A DNA stretch of 64,000 nt, from contig OY762007.1 in the NCBI GenBank assembly GCA_963665115.1, forward strand, positions 2,656,001-2,720,000. The letters run 5' to 3'. The notes below the pieces were generated by a model. It was not told the origin of the DNA. It saw only the letters and a program-made list of their open reading frames with translations, and did not search any database. Below, piece after piece: positions 44,339 through 54,620 of this stretch (within the stretch, counting starts at the first letter, position 1; every line of letters begins with the position of its first letter). The position numbers were made by a program, and so were the translations under genes. This DNA is from an uncultured Rivularia sp. (GTDB taxonomy: Bacteria; Cyanobacteriota; Cyanobacteriia; Cyanobacteriales; Nostocaceae).

Positions 44339-44728
44339 TTATATTCTCCTGATTTTACTCCAATTCAAAATAGAGCGTGCGTAAGCAACTGGAATATTGA
44401 TATTTTTTAACTGACTAATTGAATGTAAACCTAGTTCCTGATGCTTGTGACTTATTTTAAGTGAAAAATTATCTTTTAACTCACAACTATAAGTAATAAT
44501 AAAAACGTGTTTTTCAGGAATAACTTCAAACAAATAGCTATCGATGATTTGCTATATTTCTAAATTTACGGATATTTATTCTTGAAGTTCCCCGCGCAAG
44601 CAATTTTCAGGTGTTTCTCCTAATTAAATTCTACCACCTGGCAAATCCCATTCATTACGTTCGTTTTTGAGTAATAGTGCTTTACCATCTATAATCAACA
44701 CGTCTTTAATTGAAACAGGGAAATCCAT
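44339..44728 (-). pseudogene. NUDIX hydrolase pseudogene with three in-frame stops
   Basis: Manual translation from ATG 44728: MDFPVSIKDVLIIDGKALLLKNERNEWDLPGGRI*LGETPENCLRGELQE*ISVNLEI*QIIDSYLFEV..., continuing in frame into ORF 44339-44533. Confidence 0.85.
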
Positions 44729-44786
44729 TATTGAAAATACTAATGGTTTACATTTAGTAATGGTATCAGTATTTTCCACCAGTATC

Positions 44787-45824
44787 ATGAACAACCAAAT
44801 CCAAAACTACAATCCCAGCGATGTTGGACAAATCAACGGTAACATCTTCGGTTTACCCTTCGATTATGATTCAGCAAATTTAATTATCATTCCCATTCCT
44901 TGGGAAGTCACGGTTTCTTATGGTGCGGGTACAGCTAATGCACCGCAAAGAATTCTCGATGCTTCACCACAATTAGATTTATTCGATTTCGATAATCCCG
45001 ATGGATGGAAGCAGGGAATTTTTATGATCGAAATTCCTCAAGATATGTTAGATAAAAACAAATATTATCGACAGCAAGCAGCAAAAATTATTAAAAGATT
45101 AGAACAAGGTAAATCTTTAACAGATGCACCAGATTTAACATTATTATTAACGGAAATTAACCGAGTTTGTGAGAACGTAAATAAGTGGTTATTTGATAAA
45201 TCTCAGCAAGCAATTAACGATTGTAAAAGCGTTGCGGTAATCGGTGGCGACCATAGTTCACCTTTGGGTTATATGCAAGCTTTGGCTAATAGTTATTCAA
45301 GCTATGGAATTTTACACATAGATGCTCATGCCGATTTACGTAATGCTTATGAAGGCTTTGAGTTTTCCCATGCTTCGATTATGTACAACGCGATGAAATT
45401 ACCGCAAATATCTAAATTAGTTCAAGTTGCTTTGCGAGATATTTGTCAGGATGAAGTGTCAACGATTAACCAATCTAACAATAGGATAGTTGCTTATTAC
45501 GACCCAATGATTAAGCAAAAACTTTATTCTGGAACTACTTGGATCGATTTATGTAAGGAAATTGTTAGTCATTTACCCGAACAGGTTTATGTTAGCTTCG
45601 ATGCCGATGGTTTAGATCCCAAACTTTGTTCAAATACTGGAACTCCGGTTCCTGGTGGTTTGGAATTAGAGCAAGCTTTTTGTTTGATTCGAGAAGTTGT
45701 AAACAGCGGTAGAAAAATTATTGGTTTTGATGTTTGTGAGGTTGGTGATGCTGAATGGGATGGTAATGTTGGTGCGCGAGTGGTTTTGAAATTGGCGTAT
45801 TTGATGGATTTATCTAATAGTTAG
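44787..45824 (+). CDS. speB: Agmatinase / ureohydrolase (arginase family)
   Basis: GGDHS, HIDAHADLR, SFDADGLDP, TGTPVPGG; start ATG 44787. Confidence 0.85.
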   Translation: MNNQIQNYNPSDVGQINGNIFGLPFDYDSANLIIIPIPWEVTVSYGAGTANAPQRILDASPQLDLFDFDNPDGWKQGIFMIEIPQDMLDKNKYYRQQAAKIIKRLEQGKSLTDAPDLTLLLTEINRVCENVNKWLFDKSQQAINDCKSVAVIGGDHSSPLGYMQALANSYSSYGILHIDAHADLRNAYEGFEFSHASIMYNAMKLPQISKLVQVALRDICQDEVSTINQSNNRIVAYYDPMIKQKLYSGTTWIDLCKEIVSHLPEQVYVSFDADGLDPKLCSNTGTPVPGGLELEQAFCLIREVVNSGRKIIGFDVCEVGDAEWDGNVGARVVLKLAYLMDLSNS

Positions 45825-46021
45825 TTGATAAATTGAAATCATTTGAAATCATTTTGATGCAAGCAAAAACAAGTCTATATGCTTATGTTGGTGAAATTAT
45901 CTCAGCTTTGTTTGTGTTAAATTAACTTATTTTAGTATGTATACCGGCTAAAATAACTAGAATAGTGTCATACAACTATCTATCTCAAAAGCCATTTATT
46001 AAAGCTTTGGGAGTTAACATT

Positions 46022-46621
46022 ATGATTGCACAAGCAGAAGATAAAAAATTTTACACGCCCGAAGAATACCTCGAATTTGAGGTAAACTCAGAAGAACGCC
46101 ATGAATATATTAATGGTGAGGTTATCTGCGTGACTGGTGGAACTCCAAATCATAATAAAATTATTCTTAACTTTGGTAGTGCGCTCAATTTTGGACTTAA
46201 GCGTCAACCTTATGATGTTTTTGTCTCAGACCAAAGAGTTTGGATTCCCGAAAAACGCATTTATACTTATCCTGATGTGGTGGTAGTGCAAGGTGAGTTG
46301 CAAATGCAAGAAGGTCGAAAAGATACTATTACCAATCCGTTAATGCTTATAGAGGTATTATCAAAATCGACTAGAAATTATGATAAAGATGAGAAGTTTG
46401 CAGCTTACCGCACAATTCCAACTTTTCAAGAATATATTTTGATTGACCAGTTTAAAATGCAAGTTGAGCAATATTTTAAGACTGGTAAAAATAGCTGGAC
46501 TTTTTCTGAATATTATGATGTTAATGAAACTGTTTCTTTAAACTCAGTTAATTTTGAAGTTACTTTAGAAGATATTTACGATAAGGTTGAATTTGAAAAT
46601 ACAGAGGAAAAATATAGTTAA
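46022..46621 (+). CDS. Uma2 (DUF820) family putative endonuclease
   Basis: YTPEEYL, RHEYING, YPDVVVV, IEVLSKST..YD. Confidence 0.9.
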   Translation: MIAQAEDKKFYTPEEYLEFEVNSEERHEYINGEVICVTGGTPNHNKIILNFGSALNFGLKRQPYDVFVSDQRVWIPEKRIYTYPDVVVVQGELQMQEGRKDTITNPLMLIEVLSKSTRNYDKDEKFAAYRTIPTFQEYILIDQFKMQVEQYFKTGKNSWTFSEYYDVNETVSLNSVNFEVTLEDIYDKVEFENTEEKYS

Positions 46622-47454
46622 TAATCTTTAATATCCCACTGCACGGGATCTAATTTATAATAATTTTGCAGTAATTCATAAAGTGCTAGATGCTTTTTTT
46701 GTAATTGCTGAGGTTTCTCAAAAAACGTTTCTGTTGCTACAGAGAAAAATTCAGCAGGACGAGTTGCACCATAACTATACATTACGGCTTTTCTTTGTTG
46801 CTTTACATCGTTACACAATTGTTTATATTCTTGTGTCATCACTTTTGACCAATTAGAATAATCCGAATCTTTTTGTAATATCGGAACACCTTCAACTTTT
46901 CCCTCTTCTTGATCTAATTGATGGGCGAATTCATGTAATACAACATTTTGTCCATCTTTCCAATTCTGAGTATCTTGTTTCACCTGTTGCCAAGATAATA
47001 TTAATAAGTCTTTACTCCAGGATTCTCCTAATCTGACAACGGGCTTTTCTTCAACTACATATTTTCCGCTGACAGTGGTTTCTTTTGTAAAATAAGCTGT
47101 GGGATAAATTAAAATAGAACGCAATTTAGGAAAGTATTTTCCTCGTTCGTTGAGTAAAAGCAAACAAGCGACAGCAGCAATAATAACTTTCATTTCTTCG
47201 GTTACTTGTAATCCATTGCAGCCTGTGAATTGTTTTTCCGCTAAGAATACTTGAATGTGTCCCTGGAGTCGTCGTCTTTCAGTGGGGGAAAGATGGGGAT
47301 AGATTGGGAGATTGTTTTCGATGATGGAATTCCAAAGTGGTGGAAATTGACGGGTTTTTATACGGTTTCTCTGTTGTTTGATTAAAGTTGGGCTGAGTAA
47401 GATGGTGATGGAGATGAGTAGGATTATTAGTAAAAATATTATTGCTTGGGGCAT
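46618..47454 (-). CDS. MtfA/M90-family zinc-dependent peptidase
   Basis: GESW, NVVLHEFAHQLD, YGAT.PAEFFSVATETFFEKP. Confidence 0.9.
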   Translation of the reverse strand: MPQAIIFLLIILLISITILLSPTLIKQQRNRIKTRQFPPLWNSIIENNLPIYPHLSPTERRRLQGHIQVFLAEKQFTGCNGLQVTEEMKVIIAAVACLLLLNERGKYFPKLRSILIYPTAYFTKETTVSGKYVVEEKPVVRLGESWSKDLLILSWQQVKQDTQNWKDGQNVVLHEFAHQLDQEEGKVEGVPILQKDSDYSNWSKVMTQEYKQLCNDVKQQRKAVMYSYGATRPAEFFSVATETFFEKPQQLQKKHLALYELLQNYYKLDPVQWDIKDY

Positions 47455-47657
47455 TTTATAAGTAAGGTAGTAATTAGATAGGGAGATATCTGTTTTTACC
47501 GTAACTTACTGGGATGGGAGATGGGGTGAAGGGAGAAAATCGCCCACAGGTTAGAAACCTGGGGCTATAGATACAAAGCCCACCTGCGTAGGCTAATAAG
47601 GTATGTTTTTGTTTAAAATTGTATGAATATAAATTATTGATAGTTTATACAGAAAAG

Positions 47658-47942
47658 CTACCCATTCACAATCTCAGTTAGTGCTTCATTAATTACATCA
47701 TCGCTAACACCACGCCGCTTCAAACTCGCAACTAAAGCATTAACTGTATTGTTTTCCAATCGTTCCAAATCGACACGAAGCCCTTGTCCAATGTAAGCAC
47801 GCATTAGTGGTTGATAACCCGAAAATCCCAGTCTTGGGGCAATTCGCTTTAAGTCTTCCACCACGTCTTCCGGCATCCGAATTGTTACCGCACTCATGGG
47901 ACGGTTTTTGTCTAAGCGTTTTTTTAATCTTTCAATTTTCAT
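47658..47942 (-). CDS. BrnA-like / ribbon-helix-helix antitoxin
   Basis: VTIRMPEDVVEDLK...GYQPLMRAYI; overlaps the BrnT stop. Confidence 0.75.
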   Translation of the reverse strand: MKIERLKKRLDKNRPMSAVTIRMPEDVVEDLKRIAPRLGFSGYQPLMRAYIGQGLRVDLERLENNTVNALVASLKRRGVSDDVINEALTEIVNG

Positions 47943-48228
47943 AGTAATTTCGCTCCTGCCGTGTAGCTTTACGGGCTGAAATAATGCGGATTATGTCGTC
48001 TTCAAACTCAATATGAACAACAAATAGAAGAACCCAATTTGTATCTATACCGATGATGGCATCTAGCGCTTCGTTGTTACGACTGGCATCTACTACCTTT
48101 AAAAATGGATCGAAAAAAGCTGACGCTGCTTGTTGAAATGTTACTCCATCATGTTTTCTAGAATTTATAAGCGCTTTTTGATCGTTCCAGACAAAGGTGA
48201 TGCCATTCAAAACAAAGTAGACATCCAT
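47932..48228 (-). CDS. brnT: BrnT-family toxin (RNase)
   Basis: FVWNDQKALINSRKHDGVTF, IRIISARKATRQER. Confidence 0.9.
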   Translation of the reverse strand: MDVYFVLNGITFVWNDQKALINSRKHDGVTFQQAASAFFDPFLKVVDASRNNEALDAIIGIDTNWVLLFVVHIEFEDDIIRIISARKATRQERNYYEN

Positions 48229-48345
48229 AACTTCAAGGATAAATAAATGTATTTACATTGTCAATACATTATTTTGTTATTCTATGCAAGGAAGTTAATG
48301 AAGGCGATCGCATTTATTCAGAGCTATAAGTTTCATAATTTTTTA

Positions 48346-50974
48346 CTAAAATGTAAGCTTAGAACCCTTGCTACGATTACTGTGTTTGTGAGTAATTTGA
48401 AGATTTTCTACAGAATCGGTACCTCCTTTACTTAAAGGAACATTATGATCTACCTCTATTTCATCCCCAACAAATAAAGGTGTTCCTGAAATAGCACAGC
48501 GATTAGCCTGTTGCTTAAGCATTTCTGCCTTTTCTGCTTCAGAAAGCTTAGTTTGTCTTTTATCAATTGAATATTTTGTATGAAATTCCTGAGTTTGTGA
48601 AAGAAAATCTTCTTTTGAAAAATTTTCAGAATTGTTTCTTAAAGTATAAAAAATACTATGTAAGTCTTCCTTAATTTTTAATCGATGAAGCTTTACCATT
48701 TCAAAATTAAGAGGAGAAATGAGATACCAAAGAATATAAAAATCTTGCTTTGTACGTCTGAAATAGCGAACTTGCCTTTGAGCTTTAAAGAGTAAATTTA
48801 ATTCTTCTCTAAAATATTCCTCTAATTTATTTTGTTCTTCTATATCTTTATCTAATAAAATTAATTTAAGCTTTTTTACAAAACTTTCTACATTTTTAAT
48901 TCCTCTTAAGAAGTTCTTCTTATTTTCCTCATCTTCTGAAATATTTTGAAGTAATCGTGTAATATCTTGAGATGTTCCTATCCGTACACTAATTCCATTA
49001 TTCTTGCTATAAATGTATAAATATTTATCGGGGTCTTTACTCTTCATACGTTGAAACTCTAGATATGCTAAGGATGTATATAATTCTTCATTTTCCATCC
49101 TGTCTCTATCTTTACGTTCTTTAATCAGTTTGACATACAACCAATTTCTATGTTTTTCCGTATTTTTTCTAATGTTTTCAATTACTTCCCTATCGACCCC
49201 AAGAGTTCCACATCTCAAATGAGTTTTCCCGAATTGGATATGGTTTATTGTTTAACCTTACAAATAAGTCAACAGGGTTAAATTCTGGATTGATGTTTTC
49301 CTGAATTTCAACCACAAACAATTCAAAATCTAAAATTTTATCTTGTAATTGTTCATCTAAATCATTGTAGCTTATATTATTTAGTTTTTCTAGTATTTTT
49401 AATCCCTTTAATGAGAATCCGGAACTATTAGTTTGACACTGACAACCATTTTCATCCATGTATTTCTCACCTATAAATCCTAAGATAGTTAACAATCTTT
49501 GTTGACCATCTATAACCTCGGAAGTTCCATCTTTACGTTTATAAATAAATATTGGAGGAAGACTAATATCTAAAAGAATACTCTCAATAATGGAAGATGC
49601 TTTAGATACGCTTATAACTTCGGATCTTTGATATGAAGGGCGAACAAGAAATATGTTACGTTTCATCACCCTAGTCAAATCATCAATTGAATTTCGAGAT
49701 GGTTCTGGCTTTGTTACTCTTAAAGACTCTAATTCTCCTAACTTTGTCACAGTATCATTACTTTCATTTCTTCTTAATTGCTTTATATCATCTCTAATTT
49801 TCTTACTACCATCAAGATAAGTATTGAAGTTTATACTAAACTCTTTTTGAAGTAATTCTGCTGTAAAGGAAAATCTTTCATATACTTGACTATAGTAATT
49901 TGATTCTAATTCTGTATATTTATTTATATTGCTTGATATTTGATAGCATAAACCTTTAATAAGATTACTATCTTCAAATCTAGATAAATCAGCATTTTCT
50001 ACATCTAATACTTGTAAGCCCCATAGCAAGCATTCAAAAACTAAACGATTATAACTATAACCAAACTGAGTAAATACTTGCTTAATTTTTTTAATAATAT
50101 AAATTTTTTCAATAAAATTACTATATAGTTTATTCTCATCTTTTGTATTATTCGCTAAGTGTTCATACAATTTATCTAGGATTTCTGTTCTATTGGCTCC
50201 CCATGCATAATATTTAATAGGAAATTGATGAATAACTAAATATTTTCTAATAAATTGTAAAATCTTGCCGCCATCAAATTCTTTTTTGCTTTCTCTCTTA
50301 GGTAAAAATAAATCGTTAATTATATTAGATACTTCCACATTATTTTTCACTTTTTCTTTGAAATACTGAAATAGAGAATCAGCATCATAAACAGCGTTAT
50401 CTATCTCTGTTTTCTTTAAAGGTGTTATTCCGGAATTATATCGACCAAATATTTCCTTTTTTATCTTATCTTCTAAAACTGAATCTAACTTTGGCTCGTT
50501 AACTATTTCAAATTCGATAATCCTTATTTTGGCATCAAGAAATAAGTCAATTATACTTGTAGCGTCAGAATTATTTCTTAAAGAATCATAAGTTGATTTT
50601 ACAAGTTGTTTCAATGATGCTAAACCGTTCCTTGTTAAAGCAAATTTATTCTCCACAAAACGATATATAGTTTCAAATCGTTGTCTTCCATCAATTACTT
50701 CTATTCCAGTACCATTATTAAAAAAAATTAGAGGTGGAATTTCAGTTCCTAATAATATGCTCTCAATAAAATAAGTCGCTTTATGGTCGTCCCAGACATA
50801 GTTTCTTTGGTAATAGGGGCTATAATTGATTTTATTTAAGCTTCGTCTGCTAAGAAGTGACTCTATTGATTTAGAGTACGTTTCTATTTTTAAATGAGAT
50901 GTGAAAATTCTTTCAAAATCACTGGGAGTTAAAAACAAACTACTCATTGTGTTATTAAGAATATATACCTTCAT
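48346..50974 (-). CDS. Tandem DUF262 (ParB-like, GmrSD N-terminal type) x2 plus C-terminal HNH nuclease, split by a +1 frameshift at ~49197-49200
   Basis: Domain 1 PYYQRNYVW/IESILLG/IDGRQR; domain 2 PSYQR/IESILLD/IDGQQRL/FVRLN; HNH CAISG...EVDHNVPLSKGG..NLQITHKHSNRSKG. Removing one base restores WNSWVDREVI. Very AT-rich. Confidence 0.8.
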
Positions 50975-51148
50975 GATTATTCTAAACTGTTTTAGACAAA
51001 ATAATACATATATAGCTAGTATTTATAATTACTCCTACATAATTATCAAATAGATACATTGCATTACCTTCAACATTCCCATCTCCAAAAACTACCCAAA
51101 CTACCGTAAAATAAACCTTCATACAGCATCTACCTAACAGTGTCCCCC

Positions 51149-52663
51149 ATGCTCTGCGACTACCTCGTACAAATCCTGACCGCTCGCGTATACGATGTTG
51201 CTCAAGAATCACCATTAGAAATAGCTCCTTTACTCTCGAAGCGCCTAAAGAACAACCTTTTGCTCAAACGCGAAGATATGCAATCGGTGTTTTCTTTTAA
51301 ACTGCGTGGTGCTTACAACAAAATGGCTAACCTGACATCGGAGATGCTGCAACAAGGTGTAATTGCGGCTTCTGCGGGAAACCATGCTCAAGGTGTGGCT
51401 TTAGCTGCTTCTAAGTTGGGTACTCAAGCAATTATTGTGATGCCGAAAACTACTCCCCAGGTGAAGATTGATGCTGTTATCGCGCGGGGTGCTGAGGTGG
51501 TTTTACACGGCGATAATTACGATGATGCTTGTGCATATGCTCGCGAATTAGGAACTCAAAAGGACTTAACATTTATTCATCCCTTTGATGACCCGGATGT
51601 GATAGCGGGACAAGGTACGATTGGCATGGAAATTTTACGCCAATATCAAAAGCCTATTCATGCAATCTTTGTCGCGATTGGTGGGGGTGGTTTGATTTCG
51701 GGAATTGCGGCTTATGTCAAGCGGTTGCGTCCGGAAATTAAGATTATTGGGGTTGAGCCGATTGATGCGGATGCAATGTATCAATCTTTGCAAGTTGGGC
51801 ATCGGGTGCGGTTGTCTCAAGTCGGTTTGTTTGCCGATGGTGTAGCGGTGCGACAAGTTGGCGAGGAAACCTTTAAGCTTTGTCAGTACTATGTTGATGA
51901 TATTATTCGGGTGACTACTGACGATACTTGTGCGGCAATAAAGGATGTCTTTCAAGATACCCGTTCTATAGTTGAACCTGCGGGGGGATTAGCTATTGCC
52001 GGAGCTAAAGCTTATGTCGAAAGAGAAGGAATAGAAGGTGAAACTTTAGTGGCGATCGCTTGTGGTGCTAACATGAATTTTGACCGTTTGCGATTTGTTG
52101 CCGAGCGTGCGGAATTTGGTGAACGTCGGGAAGCTATTTTTGCGGTGACAATTCCGGAAAAGCCGGGAAGTCTGCATAAATTCTGTGAATGCATCGGTAA
52201 ACGTAATTTAACCGAATTTAATTATCGCATTGCCTCGGAAAAGGAAGCGCAGATTTTTGTCGGGGTACAAATTCAAAACCGTGCGGATGGGGTAAAAATA
52301 GCTGAAACTATTACTAATTGCGGTTTTCCTATTATGGATTTAACCGACGACGAGTTAACCAAAATGCATTTGCGTCACATGGTAGGAGGGCGATCGCCAT
52401 TAGCTCACAATGAGTTATTATATCGTTTTGAATTTCCCGAACGTCCCGGTGCATTAATGCAGTTTGTAGGATCGATGAGTCCCCCTAATTGGAATATCAG
52501 TTTATTTCACTATCGCAACAATGGCTCCGATTACGGCAGAATAGTTGTAGGAATGCAGGTTCCACCGGAAGAAATGTCAGAATGGCAGGCATTTTTGGAT
52601 ACTTTAGGCTATCAGTATTGGGATGAAAATAAGAATCCAGCCTATAAATTATTTTTAAGCTGA
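51149..52663 (+). CDS. ilvA: Threonine ammonia-lyase, biosynthetic
   Basis: KREDMQSVFSFKLRGAYN, SAGNHAQG, GGGGL, C-terminal regulatory repeats (PEKPG, FPERPGAL). Confidence 0.97.
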   Translation: MLCDYLVQILTARVYDVAQESPLEIAPLLSKRLKNNLLLKREDMQSVFSFKLRGAYNKMANLTSEMLQQGVIAASAGNHAQGVALAASKLGTQAIIVMPKTTPQVKIDAVIARGAEVVLHGDNYDDACAYARELGTQKDLTFIHPFDDPDVIAGQGTIGMEILRQYQKPIHAIFVAIGGGGLISGIAAYVKRLRPEIKIIGVEPIDADAMYQSLQVGHRVRLSQVGLFADGVAVRQVGEETFKLCQYYVDDIIRVTTDDTCAAIKDVFQDTRSIVEPAGGLAIAGAKAYVEREGIEGETLVAIACGANMNFDRLRFVAERAEFGERREAIFAVTIPEKPGSLHKFCECIGKRNLTEFNYRIASEKEAQIFVGVQIQNRADGVKIAETITNCGFPIMDLTDDELTKMHLRHMVGGRSPLAHNELLYRFEFPERPGALMQFVGSMSPPNWNISLFHYRNNGSDYGRIVVGMQVPPEEMSEWQAFLDTLGYQYWDENKNPAYKLFLS

Positions 52664-52853
52664 TATTAATGTAGAGACGTAGCAGTGCTACGTCTTATCC
52701 AGCATTTGGGGTGCATAACAAGCAAATTATATATATCAAACCAACAATACCAATAATTTTTAATTTTAAAATATAAAAACAAAGTCGTTTATTTATTAGT
52801 TGTATTCAGCTTACTTTACCTATTAAATAAAACTCCATAGGAACAACTACAAA

Positions 52854-53687
52854 ATGAAAACATTACATCTACCATCAGGAATAGAAATCCCCGTTTTAGG
52901 ACAGGGAACTTGGCGAATGGGTGAAAACAGCAGTCAAAAAGATGCTGAAATTGCAGCTTTGCGTCTGGGTTTGGATATGGGAATGACGTTGATTGATACC
53001 GCAGAAATGTATGGTGAAGGTGGTGCAGAAAAAGTTGTTGGTGAGGCTATAAAAAATCGTCGCGAAGAAGTTTATCTTGTAAGTAAAGTGTATCCCCACA
53101 ACGCCAGTAGCAAAGGGGCTGTTGAAGCTTGCGAAAGAAGCCTAAAGCGACTCAAAACCGATTGTATTGACCTTTATCTGCTACATTGGCGGAGTTCGAT
53201 ACCCCTTTCTGAAACCTTGGAAGCCTTTGAATCCCTTAAGCAAGCCGGAAAGATTAGGGATTACGGTGTAAGCAATTTCGATGCAGATGACATTAAAAAG
53301 GCAATTAATTTACCAAATGGTAAGGAAATTGCTACAAATCAAGTTTTATATAATTTAGCTCGTCGCGGGATTGAATGGGATCTGCTTCCTTGGTGTCACC
53401 AGCATAATATACCCATCATGGCTTATTCACCAATTGAGCAAAAAGGTATTTTGAAGAATTCTGCATTGAAATCGGTAGCTTCGCGACATAATGCGACTCC
53501 CGCACAAATTGGTTTAGCGTGGTTACTTCAACAGCAGGGAATAATCGCAATTCCCAAAGCCAGCAATCCGGAACATATTAAAGAGAATAGTGCAGCCTTA
53601 GATATTCAACTTACCCAAGAAGATTTAACCGAACTCGATAAAGCCTTTCCACCGCCAAATCGTAAAATGTCCTTAGCAATCAGATAA
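52854..53687 (+). CDS. Aldo/keto reductase
   Basis: LGQGTW, IDTAEMYG, DLYLLHW, GVSNF, AYSP, IPKA. Confidence 0.92.
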   Translation: MKTLHLPSGIEIPVLGQGTWRMGENSSQKDAEIAALRLGLDMGMTLIDTAEMYGEGGAEKVVGEAIKNRREEVYLVSKVYPHNASSKGAVEACERSLKRLKTDCIDLYLLHWRSSIPLSETLEAFESLKQAGKIRDYGVSNFDADDIKKAINLPNGKEIATNQVLYNLARRGIEWDLLPWCHQHNIPIMAYSPIEQKGILKNSALKSVASRHNATPAQIGLAWLLQQQGIIAIPKASNPEHIKENSAALDIQLTQEDLTELDKAFPPPNRKMSLAIR

Positions 53688-53913
53688 ATTATATTGTTCG
53701 CGATCGCACGAATCTTGTAGTACGAATATTTCCGCAAATCAAACACGCTCCTATAATACAGAACCGCTTTAAGCAACCCGGTTTTTCAAAAAACCGGGTT
53801 TTTCCACGATAATTATAACAATGACCAAATATTTTTTATAGACTATAATTCTTGCACGGCAAGCATAATAGTCTATTTAACTCCAAGCTTTTCCGTTTAT
53901 TTCCAAAAAAACT

Positions 53914-53955
53914 TGTAGTACCCCCTTGACACACCTGTAGTATGTTATGTAGTAT
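53914..53955 (+). promoter_or_regulatory. Sigma70-type promoter of the tRNA array overlapped by three TGTAGTA direct repeats (putative repressor operator)
   Basis: -35 TTGACA 53926-53931, -10 TAGTAT 53950-53955; TGTAGTA at 53914, 53936 and 53948. Confidence 0.7.
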
Positions 53956-54034
53956 TAGGTTACAAGGGTAATACAGCAACTACAAATCGCTGACATAAAC
54001 CCAACCGAACCATGAAAATTGAATCGCCATATAT

Positions 54035-54108
54035 GGGGTTGTAGCTCAGTTGATTAGAGCGCCTGTCTGTCGAACAGGAAGTCGCGGGTTTGAATCCCGT
54101 CATCCTCG
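54035..54108 (+). tRNA. trnD: tRNA-Asp(GTC)
   Basis: Cloverleaf with CCTGT-CT-GTC-GA-ACAGG; T-loop TTTGAAT is non-canonical. Confidence 0.85.
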
Positions 54109-54112
54109 TGTT

Positions 54113-54188
54113 GTCCGGGTGCAAGGGCGTTTAAGGCATCGGTCTGCAACACCGACAATCGTGGGTTAAAATCCCACCCCGGACTCCA
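54113..54188 (+). tRNA. trnC: tRNA-Cys(GCA)
   Basis: GTCCGGG/CCCGGAC acceptor, TCGGT-CT-GCA-AC-ACCGA, U73 plus encoded CCA; atypical D arm and T-loop TTAAAAT. Confidence 0.75.
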
Positions 54189-54194
54189 AATAAT

Positions 54195-54266
54195 GCAGAG
54201 ATAGTGTAATTGGCAACACCACAGTCTCCAAAACTGTTGTTCTAAGTTCGAGTCTTAGTCTCTGCG
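54195..54266 (+). tRNA. trnW: tRNA-Trp(CCA)
   Basis: GCAGAGA/TCTCTGC, ACAGT-CT-CCA-AA-ACTGT, CTAAG-TTCGAGT-CTTAG. Confidence 0.9.
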
Positions 54267-54294
54267 TTTATGGTGTCGTCAGCACTATAAAAAT

Positions 54295-54374
54295 GGGTCG
54301 GCTCGCCTATTGGTGCGGGCAGCTGTCTGTAAAACAGTCCACTCTGGTTGTGAGTTCAATTCTCACCCGACCCA
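54295..54374 (+). tRNA. trnY: tRNA-Tyr(GTA)
   Basis: GGGTCGG/CCGACCC, GCTGT-CT-GTA-AA-ACAGT, extended variable loop, GTGAG-TTCAATT-CTCAC. Confidence 0.85.
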
Positions 54375-54378
54375 CTAT

Positions 54379-54463
54379 GGAGAGGTCGCTATTGGTAAGG
54401 TAAGCTGTTTGCTAAACAGTCGTGGATGTAAGTTCATTGTGGGTTCAATTCCCTCTCTCTCCG
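54379..54463 (+). tRNA. trnS: tRNA-Ser(GCT)
   Basis: GGAGAGG/TCTCTCC, GCTGT-TT-GCT-AA-ACAGT, long variable arm, G73. Confidence 0.8.
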
Positions 54464-54466
54464 CCT

Positions 54467-54540
54467 GAGAACGTGGTGTAACTGGATAACATCTCAGATT
54501 ACGAATCTGAAGATTGTAGGTTCAAGTCCTACCGTTCTCG
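54467..54540 (+). tRNA. trnR: tRNA-Arg(ACG)
   Basis: GAGAACG/CGTTCTC, TCAGA-TT-ACG-AA-TCTGA, GTAGG-TTCAAGT-CCTAC. Confidence 0.9.
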
Positions 54541-54546
54541 TTGCAT

Positions 54547-54613
54547 GGGAAAGATGTTGAAATGGCTGGCTTGAGATGCTGAACCAGTTCATTTGATAGT
54601 ATCCATCTTTCCT
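54547..54613 (+). pseudogene. Degenerate tRNA-like hairpin
   Basis: GGAAAGATG...CATCTTTCC closing stem and inner GCTGG/CCAGT pairing, but no T arm. Confidence 0.45.
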
Positions 54614-54620
54614 TCTTTAT

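Noticed and set aside
44667..44786. N-terminal extension of the agmatinase ORF from TTG 44667
   Set aside because: It overlaps the NUDIX pseudogene on the other strand; ATG 44787 fits the family start better
45965..50974. Prophage or integrative element around the TA/defence genes
   Set aside because: No integrase, att-like direct repeats or phage structural genes were seen
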